Shown: positions 21,365 to 29,639 of the stretch, piece by piece
How positions within the stretch are numbered: the stretch's first letter is position 1
Layout of the letters: the number at the start of each line of letters is the position of its first letter
Assembly: GCA_964534625.1 (NCBI GenBank)
Contig: CAZHRF010000005.1
Span: 32,001-96,000, forward strand
Direction: 5' to 3'
DNA length: 64,000 nt
Origin: an uncultured archaeon
Lineage (GTDB): Archaea; Asgardarchaeota; Heimdallarchaeia; Heimdallarchaeales; Heimdallarchaeaceae
Position numbers and translations under genes: made by a program
The notes under the pieces: generated by a model
Databases searched by the model: none
Told to the model about the DNA's origin: nothing
The model's input: only the letters and a program-made list of their open reading frames with translations

Positions 21365-22585
21365 TCAAAATCCCCAATCTCTCGAAAGCTTAAAACCTCT
21401 GAATAGATTAAACAAACCTAGTGGATCTTTTATAAGTTTAAACCGTCTAAACAATTTGAATAAAATGGATATAGTTTGCAATCCACTTATACGATTAATA
21501 TATAAACCATCCAGTAGAGAACCCAGTACATCTAAATATTCATTACTACGAGAATAAAAAAACTCATGGCACTTTAAAATATTCTTATTAGAAAATGAAT
21601 AGTTCAACAGATTGTTTTTGTATAAATTAGACAAATCTTTTTTATTGTTTTTATGAGATAGTAAAGATTGAACAGCTGTTTTTCCACTTAACATGGCCAT
21701 TCGAATGCCACCATAAAATAATGGGTTTACAAAACCCCCAGTATCTCCCAGTAATAAAACAGACTGATCGCCCAATTTCATGTTATAATAACCTTTCATA
21801 GGTATTCTTCCTCCAATGGTTTTCTTTATTGTTCCTTTGAGTGGTATATTTTTTGATTTAATAAAGGCCTCTAAACGACTTTTAACCCCATTTGCAGTAG
21901 TAACTATACCGATATTTGATTCATTATCTCTAGGAAAAATCCAAAAATAGCCATAAGGACATTTTTGTTTGTCAAAATAAAATTCTATTGTATCCGCATA
22001 TTCACCTATCAGTTTGTATTCATATCCTTTAATATATGGATTAGGTGGTGAAAAACCTAATTTCGAGCTAATTAAACCCCTAGATCCTTCCGCAATAAAT
22101 AAATAATTACAAGTGTAATTTTCTGTTTTATTTTCATTTGTTTTCAAAACTATACCATTTTTTGTTCGTGCCGCATCAATGATTTTTTTATGGATTATTT
22201 TATCAGAAATACTTCCTCTTTCAGCTAAAAACTGATCAAATTTATCTCTGTGTACCATGTAGGCTGCAACATCGCCATAAATAGTATAATGTAAAAAATG
22301 AATTTTTGTATAAGAATGCTTTTTAATTATAAACGGATAATCCTTTCCTTTTATAGGAATAGAAAAATCAGTGAAAATATGCTCACTTATTCCCTCTCCA
22401 CACTGAATTGGTTCCCCAATTGTGTTATTTTTTTCAAATAAAACAAAATCTATGTTATTTTTTTCAAGTTCATATGCAGCGGTTAAACCAGCTGGCCCTC
22501 CACCAATAATAATCACTTCATATTTCATGTTATAAATTAAAGCAAGGTTATTCAAAAACATTTCATGTTGATCTCTAATTTTCAA
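21365..22585 (-). CDS. Geranylgeranyl reductase family FAD oxidoreductase (real start probably at MKYEV)
   Basis: IIGGGPAG, PIQCGEG, PYGYFWIFP, GDTGGFVNPLFYGGI. Confidence 0.88.
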   Translation of the reverse strand: MKIRDQHEMFLNNLALIYNMKYEVIIIGGGPAGLTAAYELEKNNIDFVLFEKNNTIGEPIQCGEGISEHIFTDFSIPIKGKDYPFIIKKHSYTKIHFLHYTIYGDVAAYMVHRDKFDQFLAERGSISDKIIHKKIIDAARTKNGIVLKTNENKTENYTCNYLFIAEGSRGLISSKLGFSPPNPYIKGYEYKLIGEYADTIEFYFDKQKCPYGYFWIFPRDNESNIGIVTTANGVKSRLEAFIKSKNIPLKGTIKKTIGGRIPMKGYYNMKLGDQSVLLLGDTGGFVNPLFYGGIRMAMLSGKTAVQSLLSHKNNKKDLSNLYKNNLLNYSFSNKNILKCHEFFYSRSNEYLDVLGSLLDGLYINRISGLQTISILFKLFRRFKLIKDPLGLFNLFRGFKLSRDWGF

Positions 22586-22629
22586 ATTAACGTTAAAATC
22601 AAAAAAAGAGGGTAAAAAAAAGTAGCAAA

Positions 22630-23934
22630 TTAGCTGTTAATATCATCTCTTATCAAATCACCCAATTGTTTAATACCATCTTCTATTTGTTTAACATTGG
22701 GTGCCGAATAATTAATGCGCATAGTATTGACTTCAGGTTTTCCTGGTTCTAGGGAAGACGTACCCATGTTATAACTCTCAGATCTATCAGGTAAAGGATA
22801 AAAGGCAGCTCCGGGCACATATAATATTGAATTTGGGATTGCAACTTCTTCTAAAAATGTGGTAGCATTGAATTTTTTGTCTTTTAATTCAGCCCACACA
22901 AAAAAGCCGCCTCGAGGTTTCGTATAATTACATGTATCATCCATATGCTCTTGGATTGCCCCCAACATAGCTTCTGCTCTTTTTCTATATACGCTTCTTA
23001 CTTTTTTAAGAGACTTGTCCATATAGCGCGTATAATAGATATCCAGTATTTTCTGATTTAATGATGGCGTACATAGGTCCAGATATCCTTTTGCTTTTGC
23101 CATCTCATTAAATATAGGCGGGGGTACAATGGTATAACCCATACGCAATACTGCTGCTTCTTTGCTTGAAGACGAAAGGAAACAAACAAATTCATTTTCC
23201 TTATCTAAATGTTTTATGGGGGGAATCTTATCACCGCTAAAGTACATCTCTTTATATGCAGCATCTTCGACAATCAACACACCTTCTGCCACACATATGT
23301 CAAATATGGTTTTTCTACGCGATTCTGGTAACATCGTTCCTTTAGGATTATCAGAATCTGGTACAATATACAACAGTTTTGGTACTTTTCCGTATTTTGT
23401 TTTACATGCGCGTATCGCGCCTTCTAGAGACTCTGGTATGACCCCATCAAAATCAGTTTCAACTGTGATAATCTTTGCACCCAATTTTTGCGCAGGACCT
23501 AAGAAACCCAAATAACAGGGAGCAGGAGAGAGAATTATATCTCCAGGATTTAATAGCGTGTCAAGTAAAAGATAAATTGATTGCTGACTACCTGTTGTAA
23601 TCATGACATTTTGCCACCCTGTTTCTAAGTCCAAATAATCAAGCTTATCTCGACGTATCATACGCTCGGTTAAGGTCTTACGTAACGATTCTAAACCGGT
23701 TGTGGGTCCATAATTCATATTCGGGTAAACGTTCTCATGACCCCGTCCAGCACTAATTTCTTCTTCGAAATTTTTACCTAATTCTTTAAGGATCTCAGCA
23801 AATGCATTAAGTGGTAAAGCCGCAGGCATTCCACCCCCAAAAGAATATTTAACTTTAACAGTTAATAAACGCCTTATTTCGCTTTCTTTGATGAACTTTG
23901 TCCATCCAGCGAACTCATATTCATAATTAGACAT
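22630..23934 (-). CDS. PLP-dependent aminotransferase class I/II (LysN/ARO8-like)
   Basis: SEIRRLL, SFGGGMP, NYGPTTG, ITTGSQQ, DNPKG, EDAAY, SSSK. Start moved to MSNYEY (23934) behind an AGGTG SD. Confidence 0.9.
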   Translation of the reverse strand: MSNYEYEFAGWTKFIKESEIRRLLTVKVKYSFGGGMPAALPLNAFAEILKELGKNFEEEISAGRGHENVYPNMNYGPTTGLESLRKTLTERMIRRDKLDYLDLETGWQNVMITTGSQQSIYLLLDTLLNPGDIILSPAPCYLGFLGPAQKLGAKIITVETDFDGVIPESLEGAIRACKTKYGKVPKLLYIVPDSDNPKGTMLPESRRKTIFDICVAEGVLIVEDAAYKEMYFSGDKIPPIKHLDKENEFVCFLSSSSKEAAVLRMGYTIVPPPIFNEMAKAKGYLDLCTPSLNQKILDIYYTRYMDKSLKKVRSVYRKRAEAMLGAIQEHMDDTCNYTKPRGGFFVWAELKDKKFNATTFLEEVAIPNSILYVPGAAFYPLPDRSESYNMGTSSLEPGKPEVNTMRINYSAPNVKQIEDGIKQLGDLIRDDINS

Positions 23935-24189
23935 AATAATACACCTATTATTGGTTGTATAATGTTTTTTTTTTACTCTTTTTAGACATTTTCCTCTCAT
24001 CATAAAATTCGATATCATTAAATAAGATATTTAAGTAAATATTTACCAAACTTTATTCTGTACTTGATTTTATTAAGTGCTAGCAAAATCAATGTCGATA
24101 GTTTTTTCACAAAAGTTTTGTTCCCGCTTGAATCATTAGTTCTCTCAGTCATTTACAAAAAAGAAGATATGGTGACCACGTGAAAATGC

Positions 24190-24635
24190 AGAAAAAGTTC
24201 ATATGACTCCTCATCGAACTTTTCTTGTTCCATTAGAGACTTGCATAGTCAAACCTATTACGACCTTGCTCTTTTCCGTTCTTTCACTGTACTCGGCCAA
24301 TGGTCGCAGTACCAGACAGTCAACTCGTCAACTCCTTAACGTGGAATGACAGTTGCTATCATCCCGGAGGTGGTGGGGTTCTTCAGGAGCCCCGATGAAA
24401 CCCTTGAGGGCCACAAATGAGTCCCGGGAAGAATGTCGCGATGATCCCTCACACTGGCGCTAATCTTGTAGATTGCTGGTGTAATCTTGACACTTATCGC
24501 TCCCAGGTGTAACAACACTGGATACCTTGGTATCCTTGTGTTGTTCTCCTTTTGTCATGTGTCCAGTTGGGTGAGGTGATATACTTGCGGGTAACCGTGG
24601 GTCACTTACCCAAAAGTACCCAAAAGAACTCATAG
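24190..24635 (+). ncRNA. Unidentified large structured non-coding RNA candidate
   Basis: 152/300 GC over 24301-24600 (hand count) in an AT-rich genome, no credible ORF, at least 8 adjacent hairpins. Most G-U pairs favour the + strand; terminal hairpin has a GUAA tetraloop. Confidence 0.65.
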
Positions 24636-24742
24636 CATCTGTCTATTGAATATTTTGAATTATTGAAAACGACAGAAAATATTTTTAAATCAACAATGTA
24701 TAATAGATACTAGTTATCATAAACAAAAAGAGTGAATATAAA

Positions 24743-24913
24743 ATGATGATCGTACAATCTAAAGTCAGGGAATATGTAAAGGAACAAGGGGATTTCAAAG
24801 TTGCTAGTGACTTTTTACAAGCGTTGGATCAACAGTTGTCGACAATTATAAAACAAGCATGTGAAAGAGCTAAATTGAACGGGAGAAAAACTGTTTCTGC
24901 CAGAGATGTGTAA
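24743..24913 (+). CDS. Short histone-fold protein (56 aa; face-to-face/DUF1931-like alpha3-truncated type); not in the ORF track
   Basis: MMIVQSKVREYVKEQGDFKVASDFLQALDQQLSTIIKQACERAKLNGRKTVSARDV; RKTV..RD histone clamp; GAGTGA SD at ~24730. Confidence 0.9.
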   Translation: MMIVQSKVREYVKEQGDFKVASDFLQALDQQLSTIIKQACERAKLNGRKTVSARDV

Positions 24914-25003
24914 TTGATTTTTCCCCCCTAATAAAGCCAATCGATTTTTTTCTTTTTTATTTCTACTTGTAATAGGTAGTAGAATACAGAAGCATAACAT
25001 TTA

Positions 25004-25642
25004 TCAGAATGTAAAACCCTCATCGTCTTCCTCCTTTATATAATCACTTAAAGACAGTTCATAACGGTGGGTTATGTGCATATAAGTCCATTTACCTATT
25101 ACTTCTATTATTATATAATAATCGGGATTTTCTAAGTCTACTGTACCACTTTTGATTTCATTCGCTGCAGCAGTAATGATTTCCTCTGATGATAATTCAA
25201 CATGTCTTTTTCTTATAGCAATTCTCCATTTATCTTTTTCGGTGATTCTTTCACTATACTCTTTTGTAATTTCACTGATTGTATCTAAATCAGTTTTTAC
25301 TCTATAACTAATTGGTATAATCTTTAATGTATATCTTAAAAGAGGAGGATCGGATTTGATTAATTCTTCCAAAGCAGTTAGAATTTTATCAGGATCTTCA
25401 TTAAATTTTGCTATTGATAGACCAGATATGGTTTTAATTGGAGCAACTCTTACCTCAGTACAATCAAGGTATTCAGTTAAAACATAGTACATTTCGCTCG
25501 AGGCGTTTCTTTCACATGTTCGAGCACTGGAAATTATAAAACCATTGTATTTTTGTTTCATATGTATCATTATGTATTGAGGATAGTTTAATGTTTTGTT
25601 TTGATGATAGTTAACTTTTGTCCCCAGAAAAACTTGTAACAA
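25004..25642 (-). CDS. Stand-alone THUMP-domain RNA-binding protein (real start probably ~25561-25570)
   Basis: LRYTLKIIPI, WRIAIRKR, VDLENPDYYIIIEVIG. Confidence 0.85.
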   Translation of the reverse strand: MLQVFLGTKVNYHQNKTLNYPQYIMIHMKQKYNGFIISSARTCERNASSEMYYVLTEYLDCTEVRVAPIKTISGLSIAKFNEDPDKILTALEELIKSDPPLLRYTLKIIPISYRVKTDLDTISEITKEYSERITEKDKWRIAIRKRHVELSSEEIITAAANEIKSGTVDLENPDYYIIIEVIGKWTYMHITHRYELSLSDYIKEEDDEGFTF

Positions 25643-26477
25643 CTATTTTTGTTAGTCTTTTTACTATCACCGCTAGAAATGATACGCCAAAAAGCAAGTA
25701 TAAACCTCCATCAAACAAAAGAAAAACAGTCAACCAATATATAGATGATACTATCCATTTTGTTGCAGATAAATTACGCAATAAATAAGGTATTCGAATA
25801 AGTAAAGTTGCTCCTACAATATATAATAACGGAGAAAGAGCAATAGAGACTAATTTGGTTCTTAATGTTACTTTTGTATGCCATGTAGGTATCTCTGGAT
25901 TAAATTTATCACTCTCTCGTTCATATTTCAATAGAAGAATTGGGAACCAAGAGTTTCGTTTTACTTCTTTATCTTGTCTAACTGTTTTAAAATCGAATCC
26001 ATGTTTTTCAAATCGTTCAATAAGGGTATAGGCCATATCAAAATCAACTTTAAGATCAAAATGTGTTAATTTCTGTGGACGAAACCTCACAATATACTCT
26101 TGATCTTGTACTAAAAGGTACAAGCCTAGAACATCCTTGAAACACCATTGAGTTAATCGATTTGCTTCTTTAAATATCAATTTTTCTGAGTCAAAATCGA
26201 CTACAATCTCTCCTTTAACAAGGGTATAAATCAACAATAGCAAAATAGAATTTAAAACTCCAAAATAAAACCATAAAGAAATTCCAAAAAGTGTTCCTAT
26301 GTACACTTCATTTCTTGGAGGTATATAATAAATTAGAGCGACTAGTAAAACTAAAACAATTATAATGTCCCCTCTTGCCCTTTCTTTTTGCTTTAGTTTG
26401 CTAGTTGAGAGACCACTTGACATTGGTTGTTGAATATTACTTGATTTCGAAATTATAATACTTTCGAAACAACCCAT
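25611..26477 (-). CDS. Hypothetical membrane protein (2+2 TM around a soluble domain)
   Basis: Four hydrophobic segments; no recognised motif. Confidence 0.6.
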   Translation of the reverse strand: MGCFESIIISKSSNIQQPMSSGLSTSKLKQKERARGDIIIVLVLLVALIYYIPPRNEVYIGTLFGISLWFYFGVLNSILLLLIYTLVKGEIVVDFDSEKLIFKEANRLTQWCFKDVLGLYLLVQDQEYIVRFRPQKLTHFDLKVDFDMAYTLIERFEKHGFDFKTVRQDKEVKRNSWFPILLLKYERESDKFNPEIPTWHTKVTLRTKLVSIALSPLLYIVGATLLIRIPYLLRNLSATKWIVSSIYWLTVFLLFDGGLYLLFGVSFLAVIVKRLTKIVVTSFSGDKS

Positions 26478-26556
26478 TTTTTTTATAAAGTGAGTAGATG
26501 ATATCCGATTAGAAGAGAAATCCTTTTATTACAACGTTCACTTCGCGTAAACATGG

Positions 26557-27852
26557 GTGGATATTTTGGACAGATCCAATATAGAAGAATATCAATGGTA
26601 TAGACTTGATAACGCTGCAACAGTTTTTTCATTTGTTATGTCCAAAAGGAGAACATCATTATTTCGTATATCCGTTACTCTTAACGAACGGATCAAGGTA
26701 AGCATCCTTCAAAAAGCATTAGATAGGATAATAGAACGATTCCCCTATTATCAGGTCTATTTAAGACCAGGAATTTTCTGGTACTACTGGGAACAAGCAG
26801 AAAATAAACCTAAAATATCAAAAGAGGTTCGGAATCCCAATCAATGGTTACCTTTGAAACAAAAGGGAGTTTTTCCTTTCAGAGTAATAGCGTATAATAC
26901 TCGAATTGCAGTAGAATTTTCACATATAATAACTGATGGAACAGGCGCTTTAACGTTTTTGAAAGCTCTAGTATCAGATTATCTATTCTTACTAGGTATA
27001 GTTGCAGAAGATTATGGGGATATTCCTAGACCAGGACAGATACCAAATGAAGAAGAATATGAAGATGCTTTCAAGCGATATTATAAAAAAGCTCCATATC
27101 CTAAAATCCCCAAAAAAGCCTTTCATCCACCTTATGACATATTAGAGAAAGGAATATTTCACGTAATAACGGGTATTGTATCAGTAAAAGAGATACTAGA
27201 AGTTTCAAGAAACCACAATGTATCTCTAACAGAATATCTTACAGCAGTATATATTCATAGTTTATTAGGAAGTTATAATGACCTTCCAGAAAACGAACGG
27301 AAAAAAAAGAATAAACCAATTAATATTATGGTACCAATTAATTTACGAAATATGTATCCTTCCAAAACGATGCGAAATTTTTCTTTATTCGTAACACCAG
27401 GAATAGATCCAAGGTTGGGTGAATATACCTTTGATGAAATCCTAATGAATGTCCATCATTATTTGAGAGTTGAAATCAATGAAAAATTCATCAATCAACA
27501 GATAGCTCGCAATGTAAGAGGTGAATTAAACCCAATCTTACGGTCATTACCTTTGTTTATAAAAATACTTGGGGGATTAATACTTTACAATGGATTAGGG
27601 GAAAATCTTTATTCGGGAGTAGTTACAAATTTAGGAAGAATAACAATGCCTGAGCCATTAAATGACTATATTAAAAGATTTGAGTTTGTTCCAGCACCAA
27701 GTCCAGCAACAAAAACAGGTTGTGCCCTAGTGAGTTATAAAGACAGACTATATATTAACTTTGGAAGAATAGTCAAAGAAGCTGATATTGAGAGACGTTT
27801 TTTCCAAAAATTAGTAGAAGACGGAATAAAAGTAAAGATAGAAACAAACTAA
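26557..27852 (+). CDS. Alcohol acetyltransferase/condensation-like CoA-dependent acyltransferase
   Basis: WYRLDNAA N-terminus, HIITDG (HxxxDG), PINLR..PSKTMRNFS, TNLG. Confidence 0.8.
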   Translation: MDILDRSNIEEYQWYRLDNAATVFSFVMSKRRTSLFRISVTLNERIKVSILQKALDRIIERFPYYQVYLRPGIFWYYWEQAENKPKISKEVRNPNQWLPLKQKGVFPFRVIAYNTRIAVEFSHIITDGTGALTFLKALVSDYLFLLGIVAEDYGDIPRPGQIPNEEEYEDAFKRYYKKAPYPKIPKKAFHPPYDILEKGIFHVITGIVSVKEILEVSRNHNVSLTEYLTAVYIHSLLGSYNDLPENERKKKNKPINIMVPINLRNMYPSKTMRNFSLFVTPGIDPRLGEYTFDEILMNVHHYLRVEINEKFINQQIARNVRGELNPILRSLPLFIKILGGLILYNGLGENLYSGVVTNLGRITMPEPLNDYIKRFEFVPAPSPATKTGCALVSYKDRLYINFGRIVKEADIERRFFQKLVEDGIKVKIETN

Positions 27853-27889
27853 TAAAGGAGTAAAATATCATAACATAGAGGAAATAATA

Positions 27890-28618
27890 ATGCCATTTTG
27901 TAAGAAATGCGGAGTGGAAGTAGAAGAGAGACATGAAACATGTCCATTATGTGGGGAAAAAATTAATGGAAAGATAGGAGAGGAGGATCTAGAAAACAGA
28001 AAGTATCCTAGACAAGAACCTACAGAGGGTAAAAAGTTCAAAAAACTGAGTCCAGAGATACAAAGAAAAATCATATGGGAAATAGTAAGTATAGCATTAA
28101 CGGTTCCATTAATTTTAATATTAATTATTAACTTTATATTAAGTAGGACTGTAGACTGGGGATTATACCCAATTACTACAATAGTTTATATTTGGTTAGC
28201 TATATCTTTTCCACTACGATTTTTAAAAAAACCTTTATTGATCGTGGGAGTAGAAATAATCTCACTTGTAGGCTTTTTAGCCATTATAGATTTGATAGAT
28301 GGCACATTCAGTTGGTTTCAGTATTTAGCGCTACCTATAACATTCACTATCATCATAATCACAGGGATAGTAGTATTACTCTCATTCAAATCTAAAAGAA
28401 AGGGAGCCAATATTGCGGCATTTATACTGTTTGGAGTATCTCTTTTATGTATTGGATTAGATCTTATAATAATAAATTATGTTAAAGAAGTAGTGATACT
28501 AATCCCCACATGGTCTATATTTGTATCTTTAGCCTTAATACCAATAGGGTTGTTTTTGCTTTATATTCATTACAGATTATCAGAAGTTGTAGACATAAAA
28601 AGAAAAGTACAATTATGA
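27890..28618 (+). CDS. Zinc-ribbon membrane protein (DUF6320-like)
   Basis: CKKCGV.......CPLC followed by about 6 TM helices; follows the acyltransferase. Confidence 0.7.
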   Translation: MPFCKKCGVEVEERHETCPLCGEKINGKIGEEDLENRKYPRQEPTEGKKFKKLSPEIQRKIIWEIVSIALTVPLILILIINFILSRTVDWGLYPITTIVYIWLAISFPLRFLKKPLLIVGVEIISLVGFLAIIDLIDGTFSWFQYLALPITFTIIIITGIVVLLSFKSKRKGANIAAFILFGVSLLCIGLDLIIINYVKEVVILIPTWSIFVSLALIPIGLFLLYIHYRLSEVVDIKRKVQL

Positions 28619-29009
28619 ACTACCACTGCCTACAGGCAGATGGTTTCTTGCTTCAACGAAGTGGCCTCAAAATGAGGGCTGAACTCTTCTCCACAAGCGT
28701 CGTCTATAGGTCCCGTTGTTCCGACGGTACATGGCTCTAGTACACACAACGTACCGACTCTACATCGGAAGTCCTCAATACCTTACTTAGGTAGATACGT
28801 ATACCCATTATCGTTGTTTAATGTGTAGCTCTATCTTCTACTTCCATCTTTTTCTTTTTGTCTCGTACCACTCTTGGTTTTCGAGATGGCACCAAAGCAA
28901 GTACACAAAGACAGCATACTTACAAAATGTTTGTATGCTAAAACTGACTTTTGTTTTTTCTTCTTTTCATCCTCGCCCTCAAGGACGGGGTTTTCAAGAA
29001 GACGTTCAC
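28615..29009 (-). mobile_element. Non-autonomous IS200/IS605-family element (MITE/PATE) with a TnpB-type right-end RNA
   Basis: Minus strand: TTTAT|GTGAACG...AACCCCGTCCTTGAGGGCGAGGAT (left-end hairpin) ... GTACCGTCGGAACAACGGGA...ACGCTTGTGGAGA...TTGAAGCAAGAAACCATCTGCCTGTAGGCAGTGGTAGTTCAT| (tnpB-like 3' end and right-end hairpin). No tnpA or tnpB ORF. Confidence 0.8.
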
Positions 29010-29180
29010 ATAAAAATAAAAAAGAACACAAAAACAATCATCTAAAATAAACTACAAGAAGAAATACGTAACGAAACAAAGATTTAAAAGAAGAAAGGTC
29101 AAGAGATAATTGCGCATAAAAACCTAAGGTAAAGGTTAAATGTCCCTATTCGTGTTTAATGCGCAGGTAGCAGAAATAAT

Positions 29181-29259
29181 AGCGAGGTAGGCTAGCATGG
29201 ACAGGCCGCAGGGCTCATAACCCTGAGATCGGGTAGTTCAAATCTCCCCCTCGCTACCA
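29181..29259 (+). tRNA. Initiator tRNA-Met (CAT), CCA encoded, no intron
   Basis: AGCGAGG/CCTCGCT acceptor stem with A1:U72, G11:C24, anticodon arm CAGGG-CTCATAA-CCCTG with three G-C pairs, GTTCAAATC T loop. Confidence 0.95.
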
Positions 29260-29639
29260 TTTTTTAAAATCTAATTATAAATACTTTAAATCAATTAATG
29301 TGCTCATATTGCGAATTAAGTAAAAAAGAGGAGAATAATTGTTTATTTTCCGAATAAATCTTGAATTATCTCTGAGGATAGTTCTATTGTTTCACCAAAT
29401 TCCATTGATGCACTTCTTTTACAAGTATATTTTGCAAATTAAATTCTGGTATATTAAGATAGCAAGGTAAGAATCAGATCTGTACATATGGTTCTTACTT
29501 CAACAATCATTATGTTTAGTGCGCAAATCTATCTGCAGTAATAGAAATATAGAATTCGTGGTGAAGTGTAAATTTTACAATAATTCGGAAGACTAATGTT
29601 TAAAATAGATTTAAATATAGCTAAAACCCTTCTAATTTC

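Noticed and set aside
24180-24236. SD-preceded GTG ORF with an in-frame TGA (possible selenoprotein)
   Set aside because: Read-through hits TAG ten codons later, with no redox motif.
24336-24518. 60-aa minus-strand ORF in the GC-rich element
   Set aside because: TTG start, no SD, atypical composition; likely a by-product of high GC.
24190-24635. Naming the structured element as RNase P RNA, SRP RNA or a group I/II intron
   Set aside because: No CR-I/CR-V pair. The SRP-like CGGAAAAGAGCA and the GGAG-loop hairpin on the minus strand are in the wrong order and do not form helix 8. No domain V AGC triad and no interrupted host gene.
28821-29045. Small ORFs inside the IS-like element as TnpA/TnpB remnants
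   Set aside because: No HUH, RuvC or zinc-finger motifs visible.
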